Shown here one piece after another: positions 34,980 to 43,968 of a stretch of DNA of 44,987 nt (its first letter is position 1; each line of letters starts with the position of its first letter). Below the pieces are notes generated by a model that saw nothing but the letters and a program-made list of their open reading frames with translations, did no database searches and was not told the DNA's origin. Both the position numbers and the translations under genes were made by a program. The stretch is taken from IMG/VR virus record IMGVR_UViG_3300031521_000017; one strand, written 5' to 3'. The DNA is from a virus.

Positions 34980-35182
34980 TGGATACTACAGTATCAATTC
35001 CTCTAGCAACTGTCGCCGCAGAAAGTGGAATAGAAGAGGATGCTAGGCTGGACCTTGGTGAGATCATTCAAGAGATGAAAGACAATCCAACTCCTGGGAT
35101 TTCCCGCCAACAGAGGCGCGCTACACTTCGACAGCTTGAAGCTGCATATAAGAGACAAAAGAAAACTAATAAAAACAAGTAA
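34979..35182 (+). CDS. 67-aa hypothetical protein
   Basis: TAATG-coupled ORF. Confidence 0.35.
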   Translation: MDTTVSIPLATVAAESGIEEDARLDLGEIIQEMKDNPTPGISRQQRRATLRQLEAAYKRQKKTNKNK

Positions 35183-35194
35183 AGGGGAATAAAA

Positions 35195-35374
35195 ATGGCA
35201 AGAACTCGTGGTGGACATAAGAACGGAGATCGTGCGGCAGACAGGTGCGGCAATGATGGGGTTGGGACTCCATCTGGACGACTTGCTCGGAGACTTAAGG
35301 CTTATGCGGAAATGAGCAAGGGTCGAAGTTTTGATGGGATGGCCTTCCATAAACCAGGTTCAAATAAGAAGTAA
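35195..35374 (+). CDS. 59-aa basic protein ending FHKPGSNKK (paralog of 18028..18171)
   Basis: AAAGGGGAAT ribosome-binding site; shared C-terminal motif. Confidence 0.45.
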   Translation: MARTRGGHKNGDRAADRCGNDGVGTPSGRLARRLKAYAEMSKGRSFDGMAFHKPGSNKK

Positions 35375-35574
35375 ATAAACTACTTTTATTGAGTATGCTA
35401 GTCGGGGAGAGCCCGATTCGGAAATGGACAGATAAAGCCGTCGCTTCACAGGCAGGGGCATACTTGATTAATGGGTGATAGACACCGGAGAAAGTGAAAA
35501 CTGGAAATAACCGGAAGTGTGCGGGCATAGGAGAGAAATCCTTGTAAGAGACCTACACAGCCCATTTATTTATA

Positions 35575-35615
35575 GGGATGTTAAGTAGAAATACTTGACA
35601 TCCCTTTATTTTTAT
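35575..35615 (+). terminator. terminator fused to promoter TTGACA-N17-TATAAT (35595-35623)
   Basis: GGGATGT...ACATCCC followed by TTTATTTTTAT. Confidence 0.5.
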
Positions 35616-35674
35616 GTTATAATGTAATAACACTAACAAAAGAATAGAGAAAATTGAAAGGAGGATAAAACTGA

Positions 35675-36205
35675 ATGGATACAAAAGGCGTGTATATTGG
35701 GAGATTTAATCCAATACACGTTGGACACGGGCGGGTAGTCCGGACCATGCTCAATGAGTGTGGGTTAAAAAATTCAGTGATTGTAATAGGTTCGAGTAAC
35801 GCAGAGTTTTCTGCTCGAAACATTTTCAATTACTTGGACCGGACCTCTTTTATTAAAAAGCTATTCCCAAATTCCAACGTGATAGGATTGCCTGATTTCC
35901 CAGACTCGAACGAAGCCTGGCTCGCTAATCTGGATTCTATTTTGGAGTTTGGGAATTTTCATATTCAAGACACTATGCTATATACTGGAGACGCCAATGA
36001 TCTTCAAGCGCAACTATTCACACAGGCAAATCGCCCCATTAGGATAGTAGAGAGAGAAGAAATGCCAGGAGTTTCTGGGACAAACGTCCGCGAAGCATTG
36101 CTGAATAAACAATGGGATTTAGCAGCTTCTATGCTTGACCCCATAGTCGCAAATGATATTATTAAGGAGAGTAAATGCAATCTGAATATAAACGGACTCT
36201 GTTAA
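35675..36205 (+). CDS. nicotinamide/nicotinate mononucleotide adenylyltransferase (NadM-type NMNAT)
   Basis: (H/T)xGH nucleotidyltransferase motif GRFNPIHVGH at the N-terminus; about 176 aa; adjacent to the NAMPT and Nudix genes. Confidence 0.6.
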   Translation: MDTKGVYIGRFNPIHVGHGRVVRTMLNECGLKNSVIVIGSSNAEFSARNIFNYLDRTSFIKKLFPNSNVIGLPDFPDSNEAWLANLDSILEFGNFHIQDTMLYTGDANDLQAQLFTQANRPIRIVEREEMPGVSGTNVREALLNKQWDLAASMLDPIVANDIIKESKCNLNINGLC

Positions 36206-36750
36206 AAGAAACTCCTTTTCTGCACTTAAATGAGGTTGAATACTTCGACCATGAGGGTGTATTAAAGAAATGGTACGGAGTTAGTAGAAAAAACAGCACT
36301 CCTGCAGTGCAAGTGGCAGCGATCACAGAAGAGAACGAACTTGTTCTTGTCACTCAGTATCGTCCCTATATTGATAGTATGACTATTGAATTGCCTGCGG
36401 GATTAATGGATGTGCCGGGTGAGTCTGTAATTGATTGTGCGGAGCGCGAATTGCTCGAAGAGACTGGATTCCAAGGAGATGGTAATACATTACATGCTCT
36501 TGGAGGCGAGCGTGGACTTACAGTTTCAGCCGGACTTACAGATGAGCGTATTCATCTTGTTATTGTTACTGGGTGTGTAAAAGTTGCAGATCCATATACA
36601 AATGAAGGAACCCATCCTTTTCTTGTCCCTTTACGGGATGCAGAGGAAATTCTGTATCCTTTCACTTCAACAGGGAAGAAATTCAATATCAGTTTTGGCC
36701 TATTTGGCACCTTGTATATAATTCGAAACTACCTTAATGGAGGGCTATAA
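36175..36750 (+). CDS. Nudix hydrolase (ADP-ribose pyrophosphatase-like)
   Basis: Nudix box GLMDVPGESVIDCAERELLEETG; overlaps the NMNAT gene by 31 nt. Confidence 0.6.
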   Translation: MQSEYKRTLLKETPFLHLNEVEYFDHEGVLKKWYGVSRKNSTPAVQVAAITEENELVLVTQYRPYIDSMTIELPAGLMDVPGESVIDCAERELLEETGFQGDGNTLHALGGERGLTVSAGLTDERIHLVIVTGCVKVADPYTNEGTHPFLVPLRDAEEILYPFTSTGKKFNISFGLFGTLYIIRNYLNGGL

Positions 36751-38150
36751 TGAATCCTATTTTGAGCACGGATAGCTATAAGGCATCTCACTTTTTGCAA
36801 TTCCCACCTAATATGACGGGTATGTTTAGCTATCTTTCTTCAAGAGGTGGAAGATACGACCACACTCTTTGGTTTGGACTAAAGCCAATTATTCAAAAGT
36901 ATCTCCAGGTTCGTATTACAAAGGAAATGGTCTTGGAAGCACAAGAGTTCTTCTTGGCTCATGGCGAGCCATTCCCTTATGATGGTTGGATGAAGGTTGT
37001 CAACTATTATAATGGCCTTGTTCCTCTAAAGATTAAGGCAGCCCCAGAGGGGGCTGTAGTCCCAGTTCACAATGCTCTTATGACTGTTTCTTGTACCGAT
37101 CCAGATCTGTTTTGGCTTGTCTCTTGGTTTGAGACTCTTCTTGTACGAGTTTGGTATCCTACGACAGTAGCAACGTCTTCAATGTATGCGAAGAAAACTA
37201 TCTTGGAGGCTTTGATTAAGACTGCGGACGATCCCGAAGGAGAAATTCCTTTCAAGCTTCACGACTTTGGGGCGAGAGGAGTTTCCTCAGGAGAGTCTGC
37301 GGCAATCGGTGGCGCCGCTCACCTTGTAAACTTCATGGGTTCTGACACTGTAGAAGGTGTCGTTTTCGCCAACAAGGTTTATGGAGTCGAAGGAGGTATG
37401 GCCGCATTCTCAATACCTGCGGCGGAACACTCTACTATTACCTCTTGGGGCAAGGAGAATGAGGTAGAAGCATATCGAAACATGGTAAAGCAGTTTGCTA
37501 AGCCAGGATCAATTCTTGCAGTCGTGTCTGACTCTTACAATCTTTGGGATGTGCTGGAGAATATGTGGGGCGATGAGCTGAAGCAGATGGTAATTGACTC
37601 AGGCGCTACAGTCGTTATTCGTCCAGACTCTGGAATCCCAAGAGATGTCGTTCTTCAAGCTCTTCAGGTGCTCGACCAGAAGTTTGGGCACACTATCAAT
37701 AGTAAGGGGTATAAAGTTCTAAATAATGTAAGAATCATACAGGGAGATGGAATTACCGCAGATTCTATCCCAGAGATTATTGATAACTTTGTGAATGCGG
37801 GATATTCTGCAACGAATGTTGGCTTTGGTATGGGAGGCGGCCTTCTTCAACAAGTTAATAGAGACACTCAACGATTTGCCTATAAATGTTCTGCGGCTCT
37901 TATTAATGGGGAATGGACCCCAGTATATAAGGATCCAATTACTGATCCTGGAAAGGCTTCTAAGAAGGGAGTTTTTACTCTTTGGAGAGATAAGGATGGA
38001 TTCCGCACTGGCCCTATTAATGAGCCTTGGGAAGACACAAAAGTATCTGCTCTACACACGGTATACAATGAAGGAAGAGTTGCCTTTGATGGTAACTTCG
38101 ATGATATTAGGAATCGTGCGGCTCAAGGGCTAAAGGCCATAATGAACTAG
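36750..38150 (+). CDS. nadV: nicotinamide phosphoribosyltransferase (NAMPT / NadV)
   Basis: 466 aa; the N-terminus NPILSTDSYKASHF is characteristic of NAMPT. Confidence 0.7.
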   Translation: MNPILSTDSYKASHFLQFPPNMTGMFSYLSSRGGRYDHTLWFGLKPIIQKYLQVRITKEMVLEAQEFFLAHGEPFPYDGWMKVVNYYNGLVPLKIKAAPEGAVVPVHNALMTVSCTDPDLFWLVSWFETLLVRVWYPTTVATSSMYAKKTILEALIKTADDPEGEIPFKLHDFGARGVSSGESAAIGGAAHLVNFMGSDTVEGVVFANKVYGVEGGMAAFSIPAAEHSTITSWGKENEVEAYRNMVKQFAKPGSILAVVSDSYNLWDVLENMWGDELKQMVIDSGATVVIRPDSGIPRDVVLQALQVLDQKFGHTINSKGYKVLNNVRIIQGDGITADSIPEIIDNFVNAGYSATNVGFGMGGGLLQQVNRDTQRFAYKCSAALINGEWTPVYKDPITDPGKASKKGVFTLWRDKDGFRTGPINEPWEDTKVSALHTVYNEGRVAFDGNFDDIRNRAAQGLKAIMN

Positions 38151-38162
38151 AATAATAGAAAA

Positions 38163-38202
38163 GTCAACAGCTAGAGTAAAAACTAGCCGTTGACTTTTTT
38201 CT
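38163..38202 (+). terminator. terminator fused to promoter TTGACT-N17-TACAAT (38190-38218)
   Basis: GTCAACAGCTAG...CTAGCCGTTGAC followed by a T-run. Confidence 0.55.
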
Positions 38203-38237
38203 TATTTTATGATACAATAAAAAAGAAAGGGGAAAAT

Positions 38238-38612
38238 ATGACCTTCAAAGATTATCTAGATGTATATGTTCCTTATCTCTTAGGAGAAAAGACTTCTCAT
38301 GTCCCTAGGATGGTTTCTCTTTTAGTTGACAATCCTAGAGCGGTAGAGCCTTTCCTTTTATGGGCGCTTTATCATAATGACTATGCTTATACAAGACGCT
38401 CTATTGAGAGTGATTCTTCTTATTATGATAAGTGGGGAAGAGATTTAATAAAGGAGTTTGCGCTTCTCCATTCCTTGTATGCTATAGGAATATTAGAAGA
38501 ATGCTTAGAAAAAAACCTTGATATGGAATCTCCTTATTATGGATATTCAAAATGTTGGTTTAGTTTCAAGATTCGAAGAGACTATCCCGAGAACTTCGCA
38601 GAAAGGGACTAG
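38238..38612 (+). CDS. 124-aa hypothetical protein
   Basis: ATG downstream of the promoter, with an AAAGGGGAAAA ribosome-binding site. Confidence 0.45.
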   Translation: MTFKDYLDVYVPYLLGEKTSHVPRMVSLLVDNPRAVEPFLLWALYHNDYAYTRRSIESDSSYYDKWGRDLIKEFALLHSLYAIGILEECLEKNLDMESPYYGYSKCWFSFKIRRDYPENFAERD

Positions 38613-38613
38613 A

Positions 38614-38823
38614 ATGATTGAAATAAATAAGAAAAATGCTAGATATATTTTAGGTACGATGATTTCTGTCGGAGCTATTATACTAGGGGCAGCCGCAATT
38701 GTTCAAGTAATTTTGGGAAATGATTATAATGTGATTTGGAATACTGGGGCGGGACATATCTTAGTATTCTACATCGGCGGACTCGTTGGCTACTTAATGG
38801 CAAAGGCTTTTGACAGCAAATAA
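38614..38823 (+). CDS. 69-aa membrane protein (2 transmembrane helices)
   Basis: Hydrophobic ORF; a promoter TTGACA-N17-TATAAT (38810-38838) is embedded at its 3' end. Confidence 0.4.
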   Translation: MIEINKKNARYILGTMISVGAIILGAAAIVQVILGNDYNVIWNTGAGHILVFYIGGLVGYLMAKAFDSK

Positions 38824-38872
38824 AAAAAGTGATATAATAAGATATTAAAGAAAATCAGAAAAGGAGCTTGTT

Positions 38873-39145
38873 ATGGGTTTTGGAGGAGATAAGATTTTTG
38901 GTTCTAATCTTTCTCTTGGCCAGTTTGAATTTATGGCTGAGGCTGAGAGCCAGGATAATCTGGTAGATACACCAGATTCTCGTTTTAATGCGGCTCTTAT
39001 TGAAATTCAAAATGAATTGGGTTGGGCTAAAGGTCTAGACACAGACATAACAGAAAGAGTAGATGGAATCCTTCAGTGTCATGGGATTAATCCTGCTTTT
39101 CTGTCTCCAGAACAAGTTCTAAATATTCAACTTATTGTTTTTTAA
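38873..39145 (+). CDS. 90-aa hypothetical protein
   Basis: AAGGAG ribosome-binding site. Confidence 0.45.
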   Translation: MGFGGDKIFGSNLSLGQFEFMAEAESQDNLVDTPDSRFNAALIEIQNELGWAKGLDTDITERVDGILQCHGINPAFLSPEQVLNIQLIVF

Positions 39146-39158
39146 GGAGGTATCTACT

Positions 39159-40892
39159 TTGAGCAAGAAGCAACTGTTGGAAGCCGTAAGTCCAGATTTT
39201 GAAGTTATTAATAGATACATCCTTGCTCACAGCAGATGTGATGGACGTCAAGGAATTGAAAATATATTGGCTCCTTGGGCGAAAAACAAACAAATGCTTT
39301 TCAATCTTCTTGGTCAGCAGCTAGTGCGTAGAGTAGATATTGATTTGGAGCAATCTAAAGATACTATCTATGATAGTCTTTCTCGCCTTTATTCTTTCTA
39401 TAGAGAGTGCGGAGAGCCTAACTTTGGCAATCAAAAAAGTCCTTTTGTAAAAGAGTATTTGGCTTTCATAGACAAAAATGTAGGTTCATATTCAGATGCG
39501 GCCTATGCTTTGTCGTATTCTCTGTTGAATGCAAATGCAATAGCAAAAGATGAAATTACTCTAGATACTCCTAAGAAAATAACTATTCAAAGTGATAATA
39601 ATCCCCGCAAATTGATTTTGCAAAATGGAATGAAGCCAATGCGGGCTTTGAACAAAGTTGTTAATTACTTTGGCAAGGAAAACTTTCCTCATTTTGAAGA
39701 GTTCCGATTGGCGCATTCGAATATTTTCACTTCCAAAGTAATTAAAGGCACTCTAGTCTTTTCCATCCATCCTCTTGACTATATGACTATGTCTGATAAT
39801 GATAATAATTGGACCACTTGTATGAGTTGGGTTGATGATGGTGAGTATAGGCTAGGGACTCTTGAAATGCTCAATTCCAATAACTCTCTTATGGTTTATT
39901 TGGAGTCTGAAACTCCATACGAATTTTCACCTGGGCATTTTTGGAATAATAAGAGTTGGAGACAAATTGTTGTTGTTGATAAGAATATTATCCTAGGTGG
40001 AAAATCCTACCCTTATACCTCCAAGCAGTTGTCTGTAAAGATTCTTGAAATACTGCAAGGATTTGCAAAAGAGAATCTAAATTGGAAATATAAGTATGGG
40101 CCGCAAGAATATCATGACATGTCTCAGATGTATGGAGAACATGTCCATTCAACGCATAAAAATTCTTCAAAGAAGAGTATCCTTTTTGATACTGGTTTTA
40201 TGTATAATGATATTTTGGAGAATCATACCTCAACATATTATTGCATTCGGAATCGAGTTTCTAAACAAAAGGTAATCTCATACTCAGGGAAAGCTTTTTG
40301 TCTTGATTGCGGGGAGCCTTTTGAGAGAAGGGCTTCTTCTGAAAATTTGTTTTGTAATGAATGTTTGTCTGCGCATGAGTGTAATCATTGCGGTCGTTAT
40401 ATTCACAAAAATGAAACGACCTATATAGTTAATAACCAAAAGCATTGCGAAGATTGTTTCACTAGGCTTAGGAAATGTCCAGATTGTGGGAAACTAGTTA
40501 GCTCTTATAGCTCTTATTTTGTTTTTTGCGACCAGGAAGCTCTAGATAAAGCTCTCACTAACGAATGGAGAACTTGTTATTGGAGTGAGATTTACTGGGC
40601 GCTCTTGGATACCAAGCAAGCCAGAGAAGTTAATACTTGCAATGAATGTTATAGTAAGCTTGAAAAGAATGGAATGTTTAAGATGGTACGCATGAGTTAC
40701 ATGCAGAAACGATATCTGGATAAGATTATTCCTTTTTATCACACCAAAATTTTTGAAAGAGATTGGGATAATTGGATTCAGAATCCTATATTAATACAAA
40801 CTTCTACTCTAGACGATTTTACTATAACGATTCCGCAAAATCAAGACAGTTTTAACTCAGATAAAGTTTTAACCTGGTTTTTATCTCTTTAG
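39159..40892 (+). CDS. 577-aa protein with a C-terminal array of CxxC zinc-ribbon motifs (TTG start after AAGGAGG)
   Basis: Long ORF; at least 6 CxxC pairs between residues about 370 and 500. Confidence 0.5.
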   Translation: MSKKQLLEAVSPDFEVINRYILAHSRCDGRQGIENILAPWAKNKQMLFNLLGQQLVRRVDIDLEQSKDTIYDSLSRLYSFYRECGEPNFGNQKSPFVKEYLAFIDKNVGSYSDAAYALSYSLLNANAIAKDEITLDTPKKITIQSDNNPRKLILQNGMKPMRALNKVVNYFGKENFPHFEEFRLAHSNIFTSKVIKGTLVFSIHPLDYMTMSDNDNNWTTCMSWVDDGEYRLGTLEMLNSNNSLMVYLESETPYEFSPGHFWNNKSWRQIVVVDKNIILGGKSYPYTSKQLSVKILEILQGFAKENLNWKYKYGPQEYHDMSQMYGEHVHSTHKNSSKKSILFDTGFMYNDILENHTSTYYCIRNRVSKQKVISYSGKAFCLDCGEPFERRASSENLFCNECLSAHECNHCGRYIHKNETTYIVNNQKHCEDCFTRLRKCPDCGKLVSSYSSYFVFCDQEALDKALTNEWRTCYWSEIYWALLDTKQAREVNTCNECYSKLEKNGMFKMVRMSYMQKRYLDKIIPFYHTKIFERDWDNWIQNPILIQTSTLDDFTITIPQNQDSFNSDKVLTWFLSL

Positions 40893-40921
40893 TTGATAAA
40901 ACTAAAAATTTATGATATAAT
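40893..40921 (+). promoter_or_regulatory. promoter TTGATA-N17-TATAAT
   Basis: Good boxes. Confidence 0.5.
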
Positions 40922-40974
40922 GAATTATCAAAGAAAAGGAACAAAAGTTCCTTTAAGATGAAAAGGAGAACAAA

Positions 40975-41382
40975 ATGAGTGAGCACAAGGCAACGAAGTC
41001 AGAGCTTTTCACCGAGATTCAGACGATTCTCGCAGATGCAGGCCATGTCGATCTTGCAGATGTTATGGGTAAGGAAGTAGCTAGTCTTGCGGCTAAGGCT
41101 GCGAAGGCTAAGGAGGCTGCGGCTAAGAAGGCTGCTACAGTCGATGAGTTTAAGGCGATTGTCGCAGGCGCTCTTACAGACGAGTTCCAGTCTGGTGCCG
41201 ATGTCTTTGCGGCTGTCGGTTATGTGGATGACGAGGATGCTAATAAGTCTCTGACTCTTGGTAAGGTTCGCGCTCGACTTACCGCTCTTGTCAAGGAGGG
41301 TTCTGTGGTTAAGGACTCTATCAAGGCGACAGATGCTGAGGACAAGACACATACGGTCATGGGATATAAGCTTGCAGAGTAA
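40975..41382 (+). CDS. paralog D of the K/A-rich winged-helix-like family (GC-rich gene inside AT-rich DNA)
   Basis: MSEHKATKSELF...AAKAAKAKEAAAKKAA...LTLGKVRARLTALVKEGSVVKDSIKATDAEDKTHTVMGYKL; GGAGAA ribosome-binding site. Confidence 0.55.
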   Translation: MSEHKATKSELFTEIQTILADAGHVDLADVMGKEVASLAAKAAKAKEAAAKKAATVDEFKAIVAGALTDEFQSGADVFAAVGYVDDEDANKSLTLGKVRARLTALVKEGSVVKDSIKATDAEDKTHTVMGYKLAE

Positions 41383-41394
41383 GCAATAGCTGTG

Positions 41395-41436
41395 AATAGG
41401 AGAGATGAAGAAATTCATCTCTCCTATTTTTTTTTG
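41395..41436 (+). terminator. strong terminator fused to promoter TTGACA-N17-TATACT (41437-41465)
   Basis: AATAGGAGAGATGAA-GAAA-TTCATCTCTCCTATT followed by T10. Confidence 0.7.
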
Positions 41437-41490
41437 TTGACAAGTTGTTTATTTTATGGTATACTATAAATAATAGAAAGGGGTATATTT

Positions 41491-42312
41491 ATGTCTGAAA
41501 CAATAAGATTTTCAATTCCATATTTCAAGACTTTTACTTACAATGATGAAATTCAAGAGTTTGATATTAAATATGATCGGAATAAAGATAGTTTGCAGGA
41601 TTTGTTTGATTTTATTTCTCAATATCCTGGCAAACGAATTAATATTGAACTGATGGATCCCTATGGAGATTTTGGAAGTCTATCCACTTTAGATAAACTA
41701 CACGCTCAGATATACTTCAAACTATCCGCTGAACATCTTCCTCTTTTAGAAGAATTTTCAAATAGATTACTAAGGTATTATTTTACGATTCCCGCGACAA
41801 GCTGGGATGTCTTAGATTCATTGATTAATTCTGGAACTACAGATATTTATATTAGTGGAGAGTTAGGATTTAATATCCCGAAAGTAACTAGTATTTTAGA
41901 AAGGGAAGGAATTAATTCTAGAGTTATCGTAGATTTAAAGCAAAGTCTTGACCCTATGGAAAATTCTAATGATATTACATCTTTCTTTATTCGACCAGAA
42001 GATATTGAAGGATACGCTCAATTCATTAATGTATTCGAATTTTGTAATGAATTTGTCGATCAAACTAGGTTTGAAGTCTTGTATCGAATCTATGTTAAAG
42101 AACAAAGATGGCCAGGCCCATTAGCAGCTTTAATCACTAACTTTCAAAAAGAAGTGAATAATAAGAATCTATTGCCAGAATTTGCTTCTTTCCGTTTAGA
42201 CTGCGGCAAAAGATGCTATCAAGGTTCGGGATGTGCTATTTGCTATAGGTTAGACACACTATCCGATATCTTAGAAAACCAAAAATTGGAGATAATTAAG
42301 CGTGAATCTTAA
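41491..42312 (+). CDS. 273-aa hypothetical protein with a C-terminal Cys cluster
   Basis: ORF. Confidence 0.5.
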   Translation: MSETIRFSIPYFKTFTYNDEIQEFDIKYDRNKDSLQDLFDFISQYPGKRINIELMDPYGDFGSLSTLDKLHAQIYFKLSAEHLPLLEEFSNRLLRYYFTIPATSWDVLDSLINSGTTDIYISGELGFNIPKVTSILEREGINSRVIVDLKQSLDPMENSNDITSFFIRPEDIEGYAQFINVFEFCNEFVDQTRFEVLYRIYVKEQRWPGPLAALITNFQKEVNNKNLLPEFASFRLDCGKRCYQGSGCAICYRLDTLSDILENQKLEIIKRES

Positions 42313-43114
42313 TAAGTTTATATCAATCGCGAGGATGACTACTGTAGAATTATTTGATTCTTTATATGAATACTTGCTAAAGGAGTATCCTTTTGTCTAT
42401 AAAGATGATAAGAGAAACTATATCTTTGTGCAAGGACAATCTTCAGTTTGTCTAGTAGCTCATTTAGATACAGTTCTAAAAGTTCCTCCTCAGAAGTTTT
42501 ACAAATCTAGACTTCATAAGAAAGTAATAGTGGGAGCGTATGGATTGGGAGCAGATGATCGAGCAGGAGTTTACGCAATTATGAGTCTTATAGATTCTGG
42601 ATTGCGGCCTTCGGTTATCTTTACAACTGGAGAAGAAGAAGGAGGAGTTGGTGCTTTTGAATTGATCCAAAAGTATCCTACTTGTCCTCTTAAAACTAGT
42701 TGTTTGATTGAGCTTGACAGGTGTGGGAAAAATGATAGTGTTTATTATAATTCCGCAAACAAAGAATTTGAACAATTCATTAACTCTTTTGGGTTTAGGA
42801 CTAAGACTGGTATTTTTTCTGATATTAGTATTCTAGCCCCAGCCTGGGATATTGCGGCAGTAAACCTGTCTGTTGGATATTTTGACGAACATACGCACCG
42901 AGAGAAGTTAAATCAAGATTTTCTTGATTTGACAATTGCTAAAGTAAATGATATAATTGTTTCTGAACCGAAATATTATGATTATCAAGAAGATACAGAC
43001 TTTACTCTTTTCAAAGCCTGTTTCGTTTGTCAAACAGGTGACTGCGAGAATTGCACTATATCTAATGATTTCTTTACAAAAGGAGGAAAGAGATGGCCGC
43101 CAAGGGATCTGTAG
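42302..43114 (+). CDS. M28/M20/M42-like co-catalytic zinc peptidase fold protein
   Basis: Ordered motifs HLDTV, GADDRAG, TGEEEGG, IELD and DEHTH. Confidence 0.45.
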   Translation: MNLNKFISIARMTTVELFDSLYEYLLKEYPFVYKDDKRNYIFVQGQSSVCLVAHLDTVLKVPPQKFYKSRLHKKVIVGAYGLGADDRAGVYAIMSLIDSGLRPSVIFTTGEEEGGVGAFELIQKYPTCPLKTSCLIELDRCGKNDSVYYNSANKEFEQFINSFGFRTKTGIFSDISILAPAWDIAAVNLSVGYFDEHTHREKLNQDFLDLTIAKVNDIIVSEPKYYDYQEDTDFTLFKACFVCQTGDCENCTISNDFFTKGGKRWPPRDL

Positions 43115-43362
43115 TAAAAGAGGAGATAATCACTAAAATCTTAGAGATTTTTCCAACTGCTTTCTTAAATGAAAAAGAAATTCGAATAGACTTAATTGAA
43201 AATGGGAATCCTATTCAAATTAAAGTTGCCTTAACAGCGGTCAAAAGTCCTATATTAAACACTCCTGAAAGTCAAATAATTAATGAGACCCAATTTGAAA
43301 TTTCCCCTGAAGAGGAGAAGGGTCTTGAGATAACTCTAAAGGAGTTAGGAGTAACCTTCTAA
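43093..43362 (+). CDS. 89-aa hypothetical protein
   Basis: ORF. Confidence 0.4.
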   Translation: MAAKGSVVKEEIITKILEIFPTAFLNEKEIRIDLIENGNPIQIKVALTAVKSPILNTPESQIINETQFEISPEEEKGLEITLKELGVTF

Positions 43363-43640
43363 TGATTTATGAAGAGACAGAACAAGAAATGGGTGTTTAT
43401 TACTATTCGTTTTGTGCAAAAATCCTTGGAAAGAAGTACCCGCAATGGATGATACCTTGCCGCATCCTTGAGATAACCCCCGCAGAGTATGTTAAACTTC
43501 TTGTTGAAGAGTATAACTGTACAGTTCATTGGTACCCACCAACTCATTTCTTAGAAAGGAAATGGAGCAGCAGGACATATGAATCTCGTTGGAGATTATT
43601 CATTAACAAAAAGGCAAGAGAAAAGGGTTTCCGCGTATAA
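43362..43640 (+). CDS. 92-aa hypothetical protein
   Basis: TAATG-coupled ORF. Confidence 0.4.
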   Translation: MIYEETEQEMGVYYYSFCAKILGKKYPQWMIPCRILEITPAEYVKLLVEEYNCTVHWYPPTHFLERKWSSRTYESRWRLFINKKAREKGFRV

Positions 43641-43653
43641 GAAAGGGGCTTGA

Positions 43654-43947
43654 ATGTCAAGATCCTATAAGAAGAATCCTACTATTATTGGTCGGCTGAA
43701 AGCTGCTCATCATAAAAGACTGGCTAATAAAAAGATTCGGAAAGAAGAAGAAATCCCTGATGGGATGTTTTATCGTAAATACTATAATAGTAAAAACCTA
43801 AAAGATTTCATCTCTAGATTAACTTTAGATAGTCTCTTGAAAGCGTATCCAACAGACTTGCATCTTCAAGATAGATTCAAGTCTAAAGAAGAACTTATAA
43901 CTTATTGGAAACTCAATTATGTAGGGGAAGTGAGTAAAGAGATCTAG
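43654..43947 (+). CDS. 97-aa basic hypothetical protein
   Basis: ORF. Confidence 0.4.
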   Translation: MSRSYKKNPTIIGRLKAAHHKRLANKKIRKEEEIPDGMFYRKYYNSKNLKDFISRLTLDSLLKAYPTDLHLQDRFKSKEELITYWKLNYVGEVSKEI

Positions 43948-43968
43948 TGAGATGAAGATTGGAGACAA

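Noticed and set aside
35380-35580. Possible riboswitch (NAD+ or PRPP) upstream of the NAD salvage genes
   Set aside because: The segment lies upstream of the terminator-promoter unit that drives the NMNAT gene, so it is a 3' UTR of the preceding gene rather than a 5' leader. No recognisable riboswitch consensus was seen. Left as unexplained non-coding sequence.
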